Made by a program: the position numbers and the translations under genes
NCBI RefSeq assembly: GCF_009914755.1
Contig: NC_060933.1
Strand: one strand, 5' to 3'
Length of the DNA: 64,000 nt
Origin: the human T2T-CHM13v2.0 reference genome, Homo sapiens
Shown: piece by piece, positions 1 through 13,711 of the stretch
Layout: each line of letters starts with the position of its first letter
How positions within the stretch are numbered: the stretch's first letter is position 1
The notes under the pieces: model-generated
Told to the model about the DNA's origin: nothing
Seen by the model: the letters and a program-made list of their open reading frames with translations, nothing else
The model's database searches: none

Positions 1-3000
1 AGGAGAGCCTCAGCGTCTCTGAAGAGCTTTGTGATTGCCAGACCTTACAGTGGAGAATGCAGTCACTGTTTGGGAAATCTAGACAGTGGGAGTAATTGGA
101 TCCCAGGATGACAGGAGCCAAAGGGTGGTACCAAAGTGAGAGTGGGTGTGGTTCCTGTAAGGGAGGCAGACTCAAGACAGCAATCAGAATCATCTCACTT
201 GTGCAGATTTATGGTGTTGGTTAGTTGAGCATGATGGTTCTAGAGGTGAAATACTCTGGAAGACTACTAAATTCTTACTTTCTCTGTATACATAAGGCTG
301 TTCTTGCATTGCTATAAAGAAATAGTTGAGACTGGGTAATTTATAAGGAAAGAAGTTTAATTAGCTCATGGTTCTACAAGGAAGCATGAGCACTGACATC
401 TGCTTCTGGAGAGGCCTCAGGATCATGGCGGAAGGCAAAGCAGGAGCTTCCATGTCACATGGTGAAAGCTGGAGCAAAAGAGAGAGAGTTAGGTGCCACA
501 CTTAAACAGCCAGATCTCATGAGAAGGCACCCACTGTCATGAGAACAGCACCAAGGGAATGGTGCCAAACCATTCATGAGAACTCCACCCCCATGATCCA
601 GTCATCTTCCACCAGGCCCCACCTCCAATACTGGGGATGACAGTTCAACCTGAGATTTGGCTGGGGATATATATCCAAACTGTATCACTGGGTAAGCAGA
701 AAATTCCTAGGTCAAGTGAATATAAGTTTAACCTAGACCAGAGTCACAACTCCTCAATCAATTCCCAGATTAGAGCCAGTTTATAGCCCCAGAACCCCCT
801 GGAGGGGAGGCCAAGTACTCTTGAGGAAGGAGCACCATACAATGCAAAAAAAATTACACTGTTAAACTTCCTCACAACTTCCCCAAAAGTAAGGTACCAT
901 TTAGCAGGGTAACTATGCAACGGGGAAAAGGAAATAATCAGACCTATTAGAAACTACTGGACACTGGCCCTGAACTGACACTAATTCCAGGACACCTAAA
1001 CCCCCTCTGTGGGTCACCAGTCAAAGTAAGGACTTATGGAGATCAGGTGATTCAGGGAGTTTTATCCCATGTCTGTCTCACAGTGGTCCCAGTGAGTCCC
1101 GAAATCCATCCTGTGCTTATTTCTTGTTTCCAGAATGCATGATTAGAATAGATATACTCAGAAGCTGGAAGAACCCTACATTGGTTCCTTAACTTGTGTA
1201 AGGGACAAGGGTTATTATGGTGAGATAGGCTAAATGGAAGCCGCTAGAACTGTCTCTGCCTTGGAAAGTAGTAAACCAAAGTTAGTACTGCATTCCTGGA
1301 GAGGTTGCAAACATTAATGCTACCATTAAGGATTTGAAATATGCAAGGGTGGTGATTCCCACCACATCCCCCATTCAATTCACCTATTTGAACTGTGCAG
1401 AAAACAAATGAATTTTGGAGAATGACAGATTACAGTAAGCTTAACTAGATAGTAACTCCAATTGCAGCTGCTGTATCAGATGTGGTTTCGTTGAATAAAT
1501 TAACACATCCTCTGATATGCAGCCATTGACATGACAAATGCTTTTTTTCCTCTGTATCTGTTCATAAGTCTCATTACAAGCAATTTTCTTTCAGCAGACA
1601 AGGCCAGCAATCCATCTTCGCTATCCTGCCTCACAGATATGTCAACTTTCTAGGCCGATGTTAAAATTTAGTTGGCAGGGATCTTGATTACCTTTTACTT
1701 CCACAAGATATTACTGGTCCGTTACACTGATGGCATTACTGGTAAGACATACATGTCAGGGAGTGGTTAATAAATCCAACTAAAATGCTGGGGCCTTCTA
1801 CCTCAGTACAATTTCGAGAGGTCCAGTGATGTTGGGCACATCAAGATATTCCTTTTAAGGTGATGTTGCTTCTGGTCTCTCCTACAATGAAAAAAAGAGA
1901 CTCAACACCCTGTGGACTTCTTTGGATTTTGGAGGCATCATACTCCTCATTTGCGTGTGTTACTCTGAGCCATCTACTGAGTGACCTAGAAAACTGCTGC
2001 TTTTGAGTGGGACCCAGAATAAGAGGAGGCTCTGTAGCAGTCCAGGCTGCTGTGCAAGCTTCTCTGCTGCTTGGGCCGTATGATCTAGCAGATCCAATGG
2101 TGCTTGAAGTGCCAGTGGCAGATAGGATACTGTTTGGAGACTTTGACAAGCCCTATAAGTGAGTAACAGCGCAGGGCCTTAGAATGTTGGAGCAAAGTCC
2201 TGCCATCTTCTGCGAATAACTCCTCTCCTTTTGAGAAACAACTCTTGGCCTGCTACTAGACCTTAGTAGTTACAGAACTCGTAACCCTGGGCCACCAAGT
2301 TGCCATGTGATCTGAGCTGCATGTGATGAGCTGGGTGTTATCTGATTCACCAAGCTATGAAGCTAGGCATGCAGAGGAGCACTCCAGCATCTAATGGAAG
2401 TGGTATACACATGATTAGGTCTGAGCAGGCTCTGAAGCACAAGTAAGTTACGTGAAAAAGTGACCCAAAAGCCCATGGTCCCCACATCTGCTACACTGAC
2501 CTTTCTCTCGCAGCCTGCACCTATGGTCCCATGGGGAGCTCCCCATTATCAGTTGACTAAAGAAGAGAAGACTTGGGCCTGGATTACAGAGGGTTTTGCA
2601 TAATATTCAGGAACCATCTGAAAGTGGATAGCTGCAGCACTGTAGCCCCTCTCTGGGACATCCCTGGACAGTGGTGAAGAGAAGTTGTCCCAGTGGACTC
2701 AACTTCAAATAGTGCACCAGGTTGTTCACTTTGCTTGGAAAGAACAAATGGCATAATGTGTAAACATAATTAGAAGATTGGTGACAAGGAAACCTGGGAA
2801 AGAGGTATGTGTGGGTGGACCTCTCTGAATGAGTGACAAAACCATGGTGATATTTGTGTCCCATGTGGGTGCTCACCAAAGGATGACCTCAGCAGAGAAG
2901 AATTTTAAAAATCAAGTGGATAGGATGACCCATTCTGTGGATACCTATCAGCCTCTTTCGCCAGCCACTTCTGTCATCTCCCAGTAGACTTAGGAACAAA

Positions 3001-4546
3001 GTATCCATAGTGGCAGGATGGAGACTTAGCCTACATGGACTCCCACTCACCAAGGCCAACCTGGCCATGGCCACTGTGAGGGTCCAGTATGCCTGCAACA
3101 CAGACCAACTCTGAATCCTTGATATGCACCTGGGGTAATAAGCCAGCTACCTGGTGACAGATTGATTACATTAGGCCACTTTCATCATGGAAAGGGCAGT
3201 GTTTTATTCTTACTGGAATAGACACTCTGGATATAGAATTGCCTTCCCTACATGCAATGTTTCTACCCAAGCTACCATCCATGGGCTTACGGAATGCTTT
3301 AACCACAGTCATTGTTTTCCATACAGCAGTGCTTCTGATCAGGGAATTCAGTTAACAGCAAAAGAAGTGCAGCAATGGGTCCATGTTCGTGGAATTCACC
3401 GACTTTACTATGTTTTCTACCATCCTGAAGTAGCTGGTTTGGTAGAATGATGAAATGGCCTTTTGCAGACTCAGTTACAGTGTCAGCCAGGTGGCAGTAC
3501 TGAGCTGGGGAAAGATTCCTCAGGAGTCTGTATGCTTTAAATCAGCATCCAAAATATGATGCTGTTTCTCCAAAAGGCAGAATTCACAGGTCCAGGAATC
3601 AAGGGAAGAAAGTGGGAGTGGTCTCACTCACGGTTATTCCTAGTGACCTACTAGCAAAATGTTTGCCTCTTGATCCTACAACTTTATGATCTGCTGGCCT
3701 AGAAGTCTGTTTCAAATGAAGGATTGCTTCCTCCAAGAGACACAACAGTGCCTTTTTAGAACTGGAAATTAAAACTGTTACCCAGTGGCTTTGGATTCCT
3801 CATGCCTGTAAATCAATAGGCAAGGAAGAGAGTTACTGGGCTAGTTCTGGTTATTGATCTTAACTGGCAAGGGGAACTTGGACTCGTACTTCCAAATGGA
3901 GATAAGGAAGGGTGTGTCTGCAATATATATACCCTTAGGGTGTCCTTGGGATTATAATATTCTGTACTTATGGTCAATGGAAAATGACAACCACCTAATC
4001 CAGGCAGGACAACTAATGGCCCAGACCCTTCAGGAATGAAGCCTTGGGTCATCCCAACAAGGAAATAATCACGACCAGCTGAGGTGCTTAGTGGAAGAAG
4101 TGAGGTGCTTAGTGGAAGAAGGTAGCTAGAAATACCAGCTATGACCACATGACCACTTACAGAAATCAAGATTGAAATTGTTATCAGCATTTCCTCCTTT
4201 TTTGTTATGAATACATGCAAATGTGTGTGGGTGCATTAAGCAAATATTATTGTTTTTCTGCTGTCTTATTCCCTTATAATTTAATGTAGGAGGTATTGAC
4301 TATATCATTGCATTTAAGTGTTGTTGATTTTATATTATAACATTTAAGTTACAGGATATCAAGGAGAAAAGTAAACATCATTCGAGGATTATACCTCCTT
4401 TTCTGGGGAAGGGGTAGGTGTGTCTTCAGTTGTACATGGGATGATGATATATTAGACAGAAGCATGGCCTTGCTATTTTCTTTATTTAGAGATTAAGTAT
4501 AGTTTAAGGAGATGTGCATGGATGCCAAGTTGACAAGAGGTGGACT
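1..4546 (+). mobile_element. ERV-L (HERV-L/ERVL-type) internal region: 3' gag, protease, RT, RNase H, integrase, dUTPase; decayed, runs off the window start
   Basis: Decayed translations include protease LLDTGPELTLIPG (~955-995), RT KWKPLEL...IKDLKYARVVIPTT (~1230-1365), degenerate YxDD as VRYTDG (~1717-1735), RNase H EEKTWAWITEG (~2560), integrase core in ORF 3187-3450 (SDQGIQLTAKEVQQW...YHPEVAGLVE), and a dUTPase-like stretch (~3690-3900). A PPT-like gacaagaggtggact precedes the LTR. Many stops and frameshifts. Confidence 0.93.
289..687 (-). mobile_element. MST (MaLR, MSTA/MSTB-like) solo LTR nested in ERV-L gag
   Basis: MST motifs gctataaagaaatagttgagactgggtaatttataag ... ccaaactgtatca. 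Gag sequence resumes at 693. Degenerate 5-bp TSD ctgta (284-288)/ctggg (688-692). Confidence 0.88.
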
Positions 4547-5090
4547 TGTGATGAATAATTTCATGTGGAAATTTGACGATGTCATGAGGTGCCCAGATAT
4601 TTAATGAAACGTTATCCCAGCTATGTCTGTGATGGTGCTTTTGGATGAAATTAACATTTGAATCAGTAGACTGAGTAAAGCGAGCTTCTCTCCCTAATGT
4701 GAGTAGCCCTTACTCAATCAGTTGAAGGCCTGAATAGAACTAAAATTACTCTGACCTTCCAGTAAGAAAGAGAAAACTCCTGCCTGGCTGTTTGAACTGG
4801 GTCATGACTTTTTTCTTGTCTTCAGACTAAACTGAAATATTGGCTCTTCTTGGATTTTGAGCCTGCCAGTTTTCAGACTGGAACTTTCACCATTGACTCT
4901 CGTGGTGCTCAGGCCTTCAGACTCAGACTGGAACTCTCCCATTGGCTCTCCTGGGTCTCCAGCTTGCCAACTGCAAACTTGACTTCTCAGCCTCCAGAAT
5001 TACATAAGCTAATTAGCTATAGTAAGTCTTTCTCGCTCTCCCTCTGTCTCTGCTATTGGTTCTGTTTCTCAGGATATTCCAGATAGTACA
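4547..5090 (+). mobile_element. MLT2-family 3' LTR of the ERV-L provirus
   Basis: TG...CA termini (tgtgatg...agtaca) directly after the PPT; MLT2 motifs gtgcccagatattt, ttgaatcagtagactgagtaaagc, ctattggttctgtttctc. Confidence 0.9.
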
Positions 5091-5306
5091 GTCACCTCTG
5101 GCTGAGAATTCCAACTTCTTCACTTTATAGATTATTCTTTCTCTATGATTCAAACATCCTAACTCATAAATAAGATTTATTTTCTCCCTCAATTTTCACC
5201 AAAAAAAGACACATATACATATAACCCATTAGTTTATTTTCAATAACCTTACAGAAGATATGGAGGTGTAACAAAAATTACTGTAAACATAAGCCTTATA
5301 TTCTTT

Positions 5307-5626
5307 CTTTTTTTTTTTTTTTTTGTTTTGTTTTCCTTTTTTTGAGATGGAGTTTCACTCTTGTTGCCCAGGCTGGAGTGCAGTGGCGCAATCTTGGCTC
5401 ACCACAACCTCCACCTCCCGGGTTGAAGCTATTCTCCTGCCTCAGCCTCCTGAGTAGCCGGGATTACAAGCATGTGCCATTACATCTGGCTAATTTTGTA
5501 TTTTTAGTAGAGATGGGGTTTCTTCACGTTGGTCAGGCTGGTCTCGAACTCCCAACCTCAGGTGATCCACCCGCCTCGGCCTCCCAAAGTGCCGGGATTA
5601 CAGGTGTGAGCCACTGCACCCAGGCC
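5307..5626 (-). mobile_element. Alu (AluSp-like)
   Basis: Full dimeric Alu with poly-T; perfect 16-bp TSD aagccttatattcttt at 5291-5306 and 5627-5642. Confidence 0.97.
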
Positions 5627-5979
5627 AAGCCTTATATTCTTTAAAAGTTAATTCCCCACTGCTTGGCCAGCTAATTCCCTCTGAGCTTTTCTGGCATGAT
5701 CCTGGCTCTCCTTCCTGCATCTCCCTCCTTCCCCTCCCTTCTCTTCTGTCTTTTCTCTTCTCAGGAGCAAAAACTAAATTGGTCTCCTTTTCTCACACAA
5801 GATAGTTTTGGTGCCCCCTTTGCTGATTTAACTCTTGCCAATGGACATAACTTTGAAGTTTCAATTTTATCCCAAGCAGCTCATCAAACTAGTACTTCAA
5901 CGTTAGGAATTCTTCTGTAATAGGAATTCTAGTGCCAGCTATTCAAGTTATAAACATCTCAATCTCTGTCACAATCAAA

Positions 5980-6075
5980 ATAACTGCCATTGACTGAGAA
6001 CTCATGCTCCAATCACTGTTATGATGTGCTTCACTGACATTCTCTCATGTTCTTACAGAAACACCACATAGTCAT
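5980..6075 (-). mobile_element. MIR fragment
   Basis: Degenerate match to the MIR core (taactgccattgactgagaactc...cactgttatg...cattctctcatgttcttacag). Confidence 0.4.
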
Positions 6076-6149
6076 GCTTTTTCTAACTGTGGCAGATGCT
6101 GCTGTGTTTCTAATCAATATCCATTTTCTTCTTCTTTTAAATTAAAGGG

Positions 6150-6553
6150 TGCTGCTCTATTCAGTCCCACTTTACTAGGCCTCTGCATTGCACCCCCCCA
6201 TACTATTGTTGGTAGCTAAGGGCTCACAAGTGCCCTGTTCTCTCCTGAGCACTTCTCCAGACTTAAGGGAGCTGCCTCACCTGGACAACCTGTAGCCAGT
6301 GACTGACTGACACATGGTATAAAGAGCTATTCCTCTAGCCTCAACGTCAGGCCAACTCTGTAATGCAATCCATGCTCCAAAACTCTGGGTGTCAGGCTGA
6401 GCCAGTCTTGTGTTGAGATCATCCTGGCTTAGGTAGATCTCACCCTTGTCTCACCCTACTTACTATTCCCCTCTCATAAGGTTATTCTCTCAAGAAAAGT
6501 TGCTCAATAATTGCTATTGCAGGCTCTGCTTCTATAGAACCCAACCTGACAGA
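6150..6553 (+). mobile_element. LTR16-family (ERVL) LTR
   Basis: Motifs agccagtgactgactgacac, aggccaactctgtaatgcaatccatgctcca, and 3' end aggctctgcttctatagaacccaacctgaca. Confidence 0.55.
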
Positions 6554-6786
6554 CTGAATGCGCTGCAGAAAAAACAATGAAGGCCATTAACAGAAGGAAA
6601 CCAATTAGGGTATCACTGGAGCCTGGGTGAGTGGTGACCTAACAAGAGCTCACTCCAAAATGGTAGCAGTGGACACAGACAGGAGTTGGATCAACCAGTT
6701 CATTTGTTTTCCATAATCATATTTTATTTTCTTTGTAGCAATTGTCACTCTCTGCTATTATAGCATTTTGTGTCTTCTAAAGTTTC

Positions 6787-7095
<309 letters not shown>

Positions 7096-9514
7096 TCCTT
7101 TAAAGTATTTTTAAATATTTACCTTGTTAAAAGTTTTTATCTTCCTTTAAAGAGACATAAGAATGAGGGTCTTTCTTAGGTACTATCATATTCTTTCTGC
7201 CCCTAAATCAGTGCTGGCAGACAACTCATGCAAAATACATATTTGTAAATAAGTGAATGAAAAATGAATGGAAGAAGAGTGATTGAGATTAGCTTGAGAC
7301 CTATGTGGGATTGAGGGAGCTGATTAGGTTATAAGTTGAGAGAGATCTAGAAATATCAAAAGAACTCTGGAGAATGATCTGTTTGGTATAATAAATTATA
7401 TACTGGGAACTCAGGAGAGATACTATAAGGCCTAAGACAGTATTTGGGTGACTAAGCCCTTCACTTTAAAAGCTCAGTGTAGTACTTTATGCAAAACCTT
7501 GAAACTTACCGTATTTCTTTTTGGCATTTTGGGTGATGCTTAAGAATGTTAAATAAGGAAAGACTCTTTGTGTTACCTGTACTGTGTGTCTATTAGAATT
7601 GTAACCTATTTCAGTTTTCGTCTCATCACCAACAAGCTTTTCAAAGTAGTAGAAACTACTTTTTCAGAAGGTGAAGTAATGCTGTTTTGTCCAGTGGGTG
7701 ATTACTTGCTGTGAATACTTAGTGATCATCTGGCTTGGAAACATGCGTAGGTGTGTATAATAAATGAGACCGCTACTACCTGTTAATTGTACTTTATAAT
7801 TGCAGTTTATCTCCTCTGTACACCTGCAGAGTCCTGGCTCATATCACAGAGAAAAGGTCGTTACTGTGGCTTGACTGAGAGAGCTCATTTATTAAAGCTC
7901 TAAGGGATTGTATTATCAACTTTGTCTCATGTCTTTCTACATTATCTAATATTCTCCATTCAGATGTACACAAAAAATATCCATCTTTTAATGCATAACT
8001 GATGTACATATATGCTGTTATTGTTATTGTTAAAGAACTGTAGTTATTTAAAGTTAGTAAAATTAAAGTTATTGTTATGGTTATGCTGTTAAGTTATTGA
8101 TGGTTAAATCAATAACTTTTAGGCAACAAATTGGTTGATCGCTTATTGTTGATTTTAGGCAGTTGCCAAGCAATATTAATGTCCTAACATTAAGATTAAT
8201 GGAGTGTATCATTCATTGACTTGATCATTCCCCTCCCATTTCTATTGCCCTGTCCCTTGGGGTGCTGGCATTGGGTTCGTATGCGTGCAATCGAATCTTT
8301 TCCGTGGCAGATGCTGAGGAGAAAGTCCTGACAGTGAATAGCCGTGTGTTTAGTCAGGTGTTTACATAGGCTCAAGTAAATGAGAATTTTATGGAAAGTC
8401 GATAACACATTTCAATACTTTCACATTCATTTTAGAAAAGTATAGTATGAGAAGAAGAGCTTCGACAAATATTGTGTCTAAAAAGCTAAAAACATCCTGA
8501 TCTTCGTAACCGAGTGGCTAACAAATAAACTAAAGAAACTCACACAACGCTCAGTTAAAGGAGTCAAAATAAACTGTCATAGAATACACATCATGATGAG
8601 GTCTTATTTAGCAATATTATACACCCTTTAATTGCATTTGTAATGTTGACTTAAATGGGAGAATACTGCATTCCTTTGCCTTTTCCTCTCTCTGAAGATT
8701 TTGAGAGAAGAAACAGAAGAAGTTGTAGAAAATCAGCTCTGCTTCCTTTTACTAATTGTGAATATAAGCTCACCGTACTCTGGAGTGAAAATAAAAACAA
8801 TGTTTTAGTTGATTGTATCTACCAATGCCACCTACTCCACATTCTTGCTTTAATTGATAGCTTATTTTAAGAAAACACTATGACTTGTTTGTAGAAAATG
8901 TACTTTAAGATCCCAGAAGCATTTAATTCCTCAGGAAAACTTATCAGGATGTCATATAATGATTAAAAAGACATTGAAAATCAGTAATTTTCATCAGCTG
9001 ATCTGCTTTCTTGGTATTTTATACTGTAATACCCTTTACTATATGTGATCTCTGAATAGATAAGTCAGCTTTCAATGCTCACAGTTTTTAACATAGAGTA
9101 TTTTTTTTAAACTTTGAGTATTGTATAGATTAGGGACAGTGACTTTCACTGAATGAAACTATACTTACTTCTGGTATAAAGAGAATATATACTCATTTAC
9201 ACATGCTCCACTTTGCACTACAGCTGAAGGACTCTGAAAGCACACCGCTCTGGGTTTTAGCTCGAGGGCATCCCATGGGTGGGTCACTGAGCAAAAGCAT
9301 TATAGGACATCCCGTTCTACAAGGAATGAGGACAAAGCCCAGGCTTTTCTGGAAAGTTCCTCTATATATCAAGATACTGCATTCTTAGCACATTCTACAG
9401 TTATTCTAAAACTGCAAGCCAGGAAATGGGGAAGGGGAGAAGAAAGCTGGGTCCGCTGAGGCCATCTAGGGGCCAGTCCTCCTCCAGAGGCCGTTAAATT
9501 GGTCCAGGAAAGAG

Positions 9515-9715
9515 AAAAATATGGCTTTGATCAGGGTGGTGACGATGGAGTTCTTAATCAGTGGTAGGGTTTTTGATAGGTTTTGTAAGTGTGATAGAAC
9601 CAATAAGATTTCTTTCCAGACTGGATGTAGAGTGTGAGAGAAGAAGAGTGGTGATCCCAAAGTCATTAGCTTGGGCACCAGATGGAATTGCCATCAACGG
9701 AGATTAAGGAAGAAT
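9515..9715 (-). mobile_element. L2 fragment
   Basis: Typical antisense L2 text (atggctttgatcagggtggt...gactggatgtagagtgtgagagaag...ggaattgccatcaac). Confidence 0.55.
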
Positions 9716-9820
9716 GATTTGTCCCTTAAATTGCACAGTTGTAGCAATAGATGAGTTTACTAGGAAATAAAACATGTGTTTGCAAAGGACTGGTCTATTT
9801 CCTTAAGAAAACAGAAACTA

Positions 9821-10172
<352 letters not shown>

Positions 10173-10592
10173 CTAGGACATTAAAGAACATGTAGGGCAA
10201 TACAAACCAAAAACGTAATAAGCATGCAATGCCCATATCCTCCACCCCAGTAAAATAATTCATGTATTCAGCTCGCATCCAAATTATTTATTATTATTAT
10301 TCTGCCAAAGTGTTTCACACAGGTTGCCATTTTAAATTTTGTTTTTGATGAAATGTCTGTTGAAATGCTCCTTTGGAGAAATGACTGTACTTTCTCTTGA
10401 TTCCTTGACTAAATTTTCACAGAATCGTTTGATCAGAAACTACATAGAAATGTGTTCACTATTATCCATTAGAGTTTATTAAGCAATGAAAGAAATGAAG
10501 GCATAACGATAAAACGTCTGCCCAAATTTCTGAGCAGTCACTTTCTCATTAGAGCTCTTGTATTTGGGGACTCTAATGTGGAAATACCGTGA

Positions 10593-11021
<429 letters not shown>

Positions 11022-11880
11022 CAGAAATTTTTTTTAATGGTGAATCTTAAATGGTGAATTTAGATAATAACCTAAGATAATTTTGTAGAAATGCAAAATT
11101 TGCAAAATAATTTCTGATCATAAAAGGAGGATAGGTGAAAGCTTATCCCAGGTGGTGTCTGACCTGCTTTGTATCTCTGGATTTTCACACTAGAGTGCAA
11201 TTATGTGGCATATCCACTCTGATTTTTGCAAGTTTAAGAAGTTACTTTAGACACATTGTAATGTTTCTTTAAGCATATTTCACTCCCATAAATGGGGTAA
11301 CAACATTCCATATTAAAGTTAGTAATATATTACAATTAAAGTGTCTAATTCTCAGATCCTTTGTAACACATGGGCTACAATAAATCACATACAAAAAAAG
11401 TCTTAAATTATTAGAATCTATTATGTAAAATGTGACTAAGAGAATCATGCTAGTTTTCAGTTTATTGCCTCTGATCTCCAAATGCAGTCTTCAATATATG
11501 TTCTGTACTAATGGACAGGCATCTTTAAGCATTTCTGCTTACCAGTAAGGATACCAGTAAGCAGAAAGAAGGCTGTTCTGCTCTTTCCAGCTGCTGCATG
11601 GCGGGCCAGCAGTGTGGGTATGAGAACATCTGGCGTCATTCTGCCCCAGCGACATGTTCAAAATACACCACCCCTCAGTCCTAGCCTGTCCTAGTGACCA
11701 CCTTCATGCAGCCCTCTTGAGAGAGACGCTATGTGGTCCAGGTCTCTTGCCCACACTGCCACCCTGATTCCCTCTGCCTGCTTGTCCCTACCTTCCAGAC
11801 TTGTCTTGTGAGGTCCCCCCGATGCAGCGGCCCTCCTGTCAGGGTTACCATATGCTCTAAGCTTTGTGCTGCACTGGCAT

Positions 11881-12464
11881 TGCAGGGAAGTTTACATTTT
11901 CCCCCTGAAGTTTTGATAATGTAAGCCTATAAAACAAACTGAAAATAGGCAGATTAACAGAAGAAAAGGCATACAAATTTATTAACATGCATATGGGCTT
12001 GGGTATCACATACAAAGTATTAAACTCAAAGCGAGGGTCAGATGGTTGAAGTTTGTATGCCATTTCGAGGCTACAGAAAGAATGGCAGCTCAGAGCACGG
12101 CCAAAACCAGGTTATGGTGGTAAATCAAGTTATGGTGGTGGGACACGTTATGGGAGGGAGAGAAGAGGAGGCCTGGCAGCAAAGCTGGTCTTGTTATGTA
12201 GCTGAAACCTCACAGGTAGCAGCCCTCTCAGAAAATAGATGGTAAATGTTTCTTTGAGAAGTTTAAAGGTGTCAGACTAGACTCAGATGAGGAAGGGCCC
12301 CAGAGAAACCTGGCTGTATCAAGGCAGATTCTCTATGGATGCAAACCTCCCTCCTGAGGAAAGACAGCTTTTCAGGGCTACTTCTATTTGCAGACCCTCT
12401 GAACAGCCATCTCAAAAGATGTCAAAGAAGGATATTTGGGGGTGAAATATTTTGATTTTCTTCA
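11881..12464 (-). mobile_element. MER34/MER39-group (ERV1) solo LTR
   Basis: Reverse strand begins tgaagaaaatcaaaaatatttcaccccc...tttgacatcttttgagatggctgttcagagggtctgcaaatagaagtagccctg; polyA-signal region near 11975-11985. Confidence 0.75.
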
Positions 12465-12898
12465 CAGGCATACATTTTACATGGCAGAATCATAATACAA
12501 GTATAATTAAATAAAACTAAAGTACAAGTATAATTAAAATGAATACCTAGTCCTATAACAGATACATTCCACAAAAATGTAATTATTAACACCAGGGGCA
12601 GTTATATTTCAAGCTCATGCTTCTCAGCTTGTCTGTTCTTGTAGCAGTGTAGGTCAAATCAGAAGATAAAAGCCATAGAGTGATTTCAACAGAAATTTAA
12701 TATAAAGAATTATGCCATGATAAAAGATTAACTATAGGATATGAGTGAACTCTATAAATTAATCTAGAGCTGATTACTCAAGGAAGAACGAACTTGGAAA
12801 GAGAAGCCCTTCCCCAAAGCTGTAGTTAAGACTTTATTGGAGAAGGTGTTTTATCCTACTGAATTACAGAGAAGTCTATCTGTTTACCTGGGTCAGAG

Positions 12899-13091
12899 CT
12901 GGCCTGCAGTCACAGGTGAAGCCGAGCTATGGATTGAATTGCAGCCCGTCCCAATTCATAGGTTAAATCCCTAACCTCCAATTTGGCTACACTGGAGATA
13001 CAGTCAAATTGTAGGTTAGGGATTTAACATATGAATTCGGACGGGCTGCAATTCAGTCCATAGCTCGGCTTCACCTGTGACTGCAGACCAG
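12899..13091. repeat. Long inverted repeat: 90-bp arms (12899-12988, 13002-13091), 13-nt spacer, 84/90 complementary
   Basis: Base-by-base alignment of the left arm with the reverse complement of the right arm gives 6 substitutions and no indels. Confidence 0.97.
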
Positions 13092-13603
13092 GTTAAGCCA
13101 AGCTATGGACTGAATTGCTATGACCTGAATTCATTTAGACTACATTTGGAAGTAATTAAAGTGACATTAGGTAATTAAAGTTACACCCCATCAGATTAGG
13201 TTGGGGCCCTAATCTGATAGGATTGGTGGCTTTTTATGAAGCCTATAAAACAAACTGATTATAGGCAGATTTTTTAAAGGCATACACATTTATTAATGTG
13301 CATATGGATTTGGGAGTCATATGCAAAGTATGAGGCTCAAAGCAGGGGTCAGATTGTTGAAGTTCTCTCTCCCTCTCTCTCTCTTTCTCTCTCCTTATAC
13401 ATACAGTTAAAGAAGGCCATGTGAGAACACAGCTAGAAGGTGACCATCTACAAGACAGGAAGAGATCCCTCACCAGAAACCAACTGGCCAAAACAACATA
13501 ACTTTGGACTTCCCAGCCTGCTGAACCATGAGAAAATAAATTTCTGTGGTTGAGGCCACCTAGTCTATGGTACTTTGTTATGGCAGTTCAAGGAAACATA
13601 TAT
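12926..13603 (+). mobile_element. MLT1A-like (MaLR) LTR, internally rearranged
   Basis: 5' gctatggattgaattg; mid gggccctaatctgataggattggtggc; 3' ggccatgtgagaacacagc...aataaatttctgtgg...gtctatggtactttgttatggcag. Confidence 0.8.
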
Positions 13604-13711
13604 AAGCAGGAAATAACTCTCTGGAATGAGGATGGGGTGCAGGTAAGCAATAGCGAGTGGCTGGGTGCCTGATATACAAAAGGAGTAAAGGTATACAAAC
13701 CTTTCCTTTGC

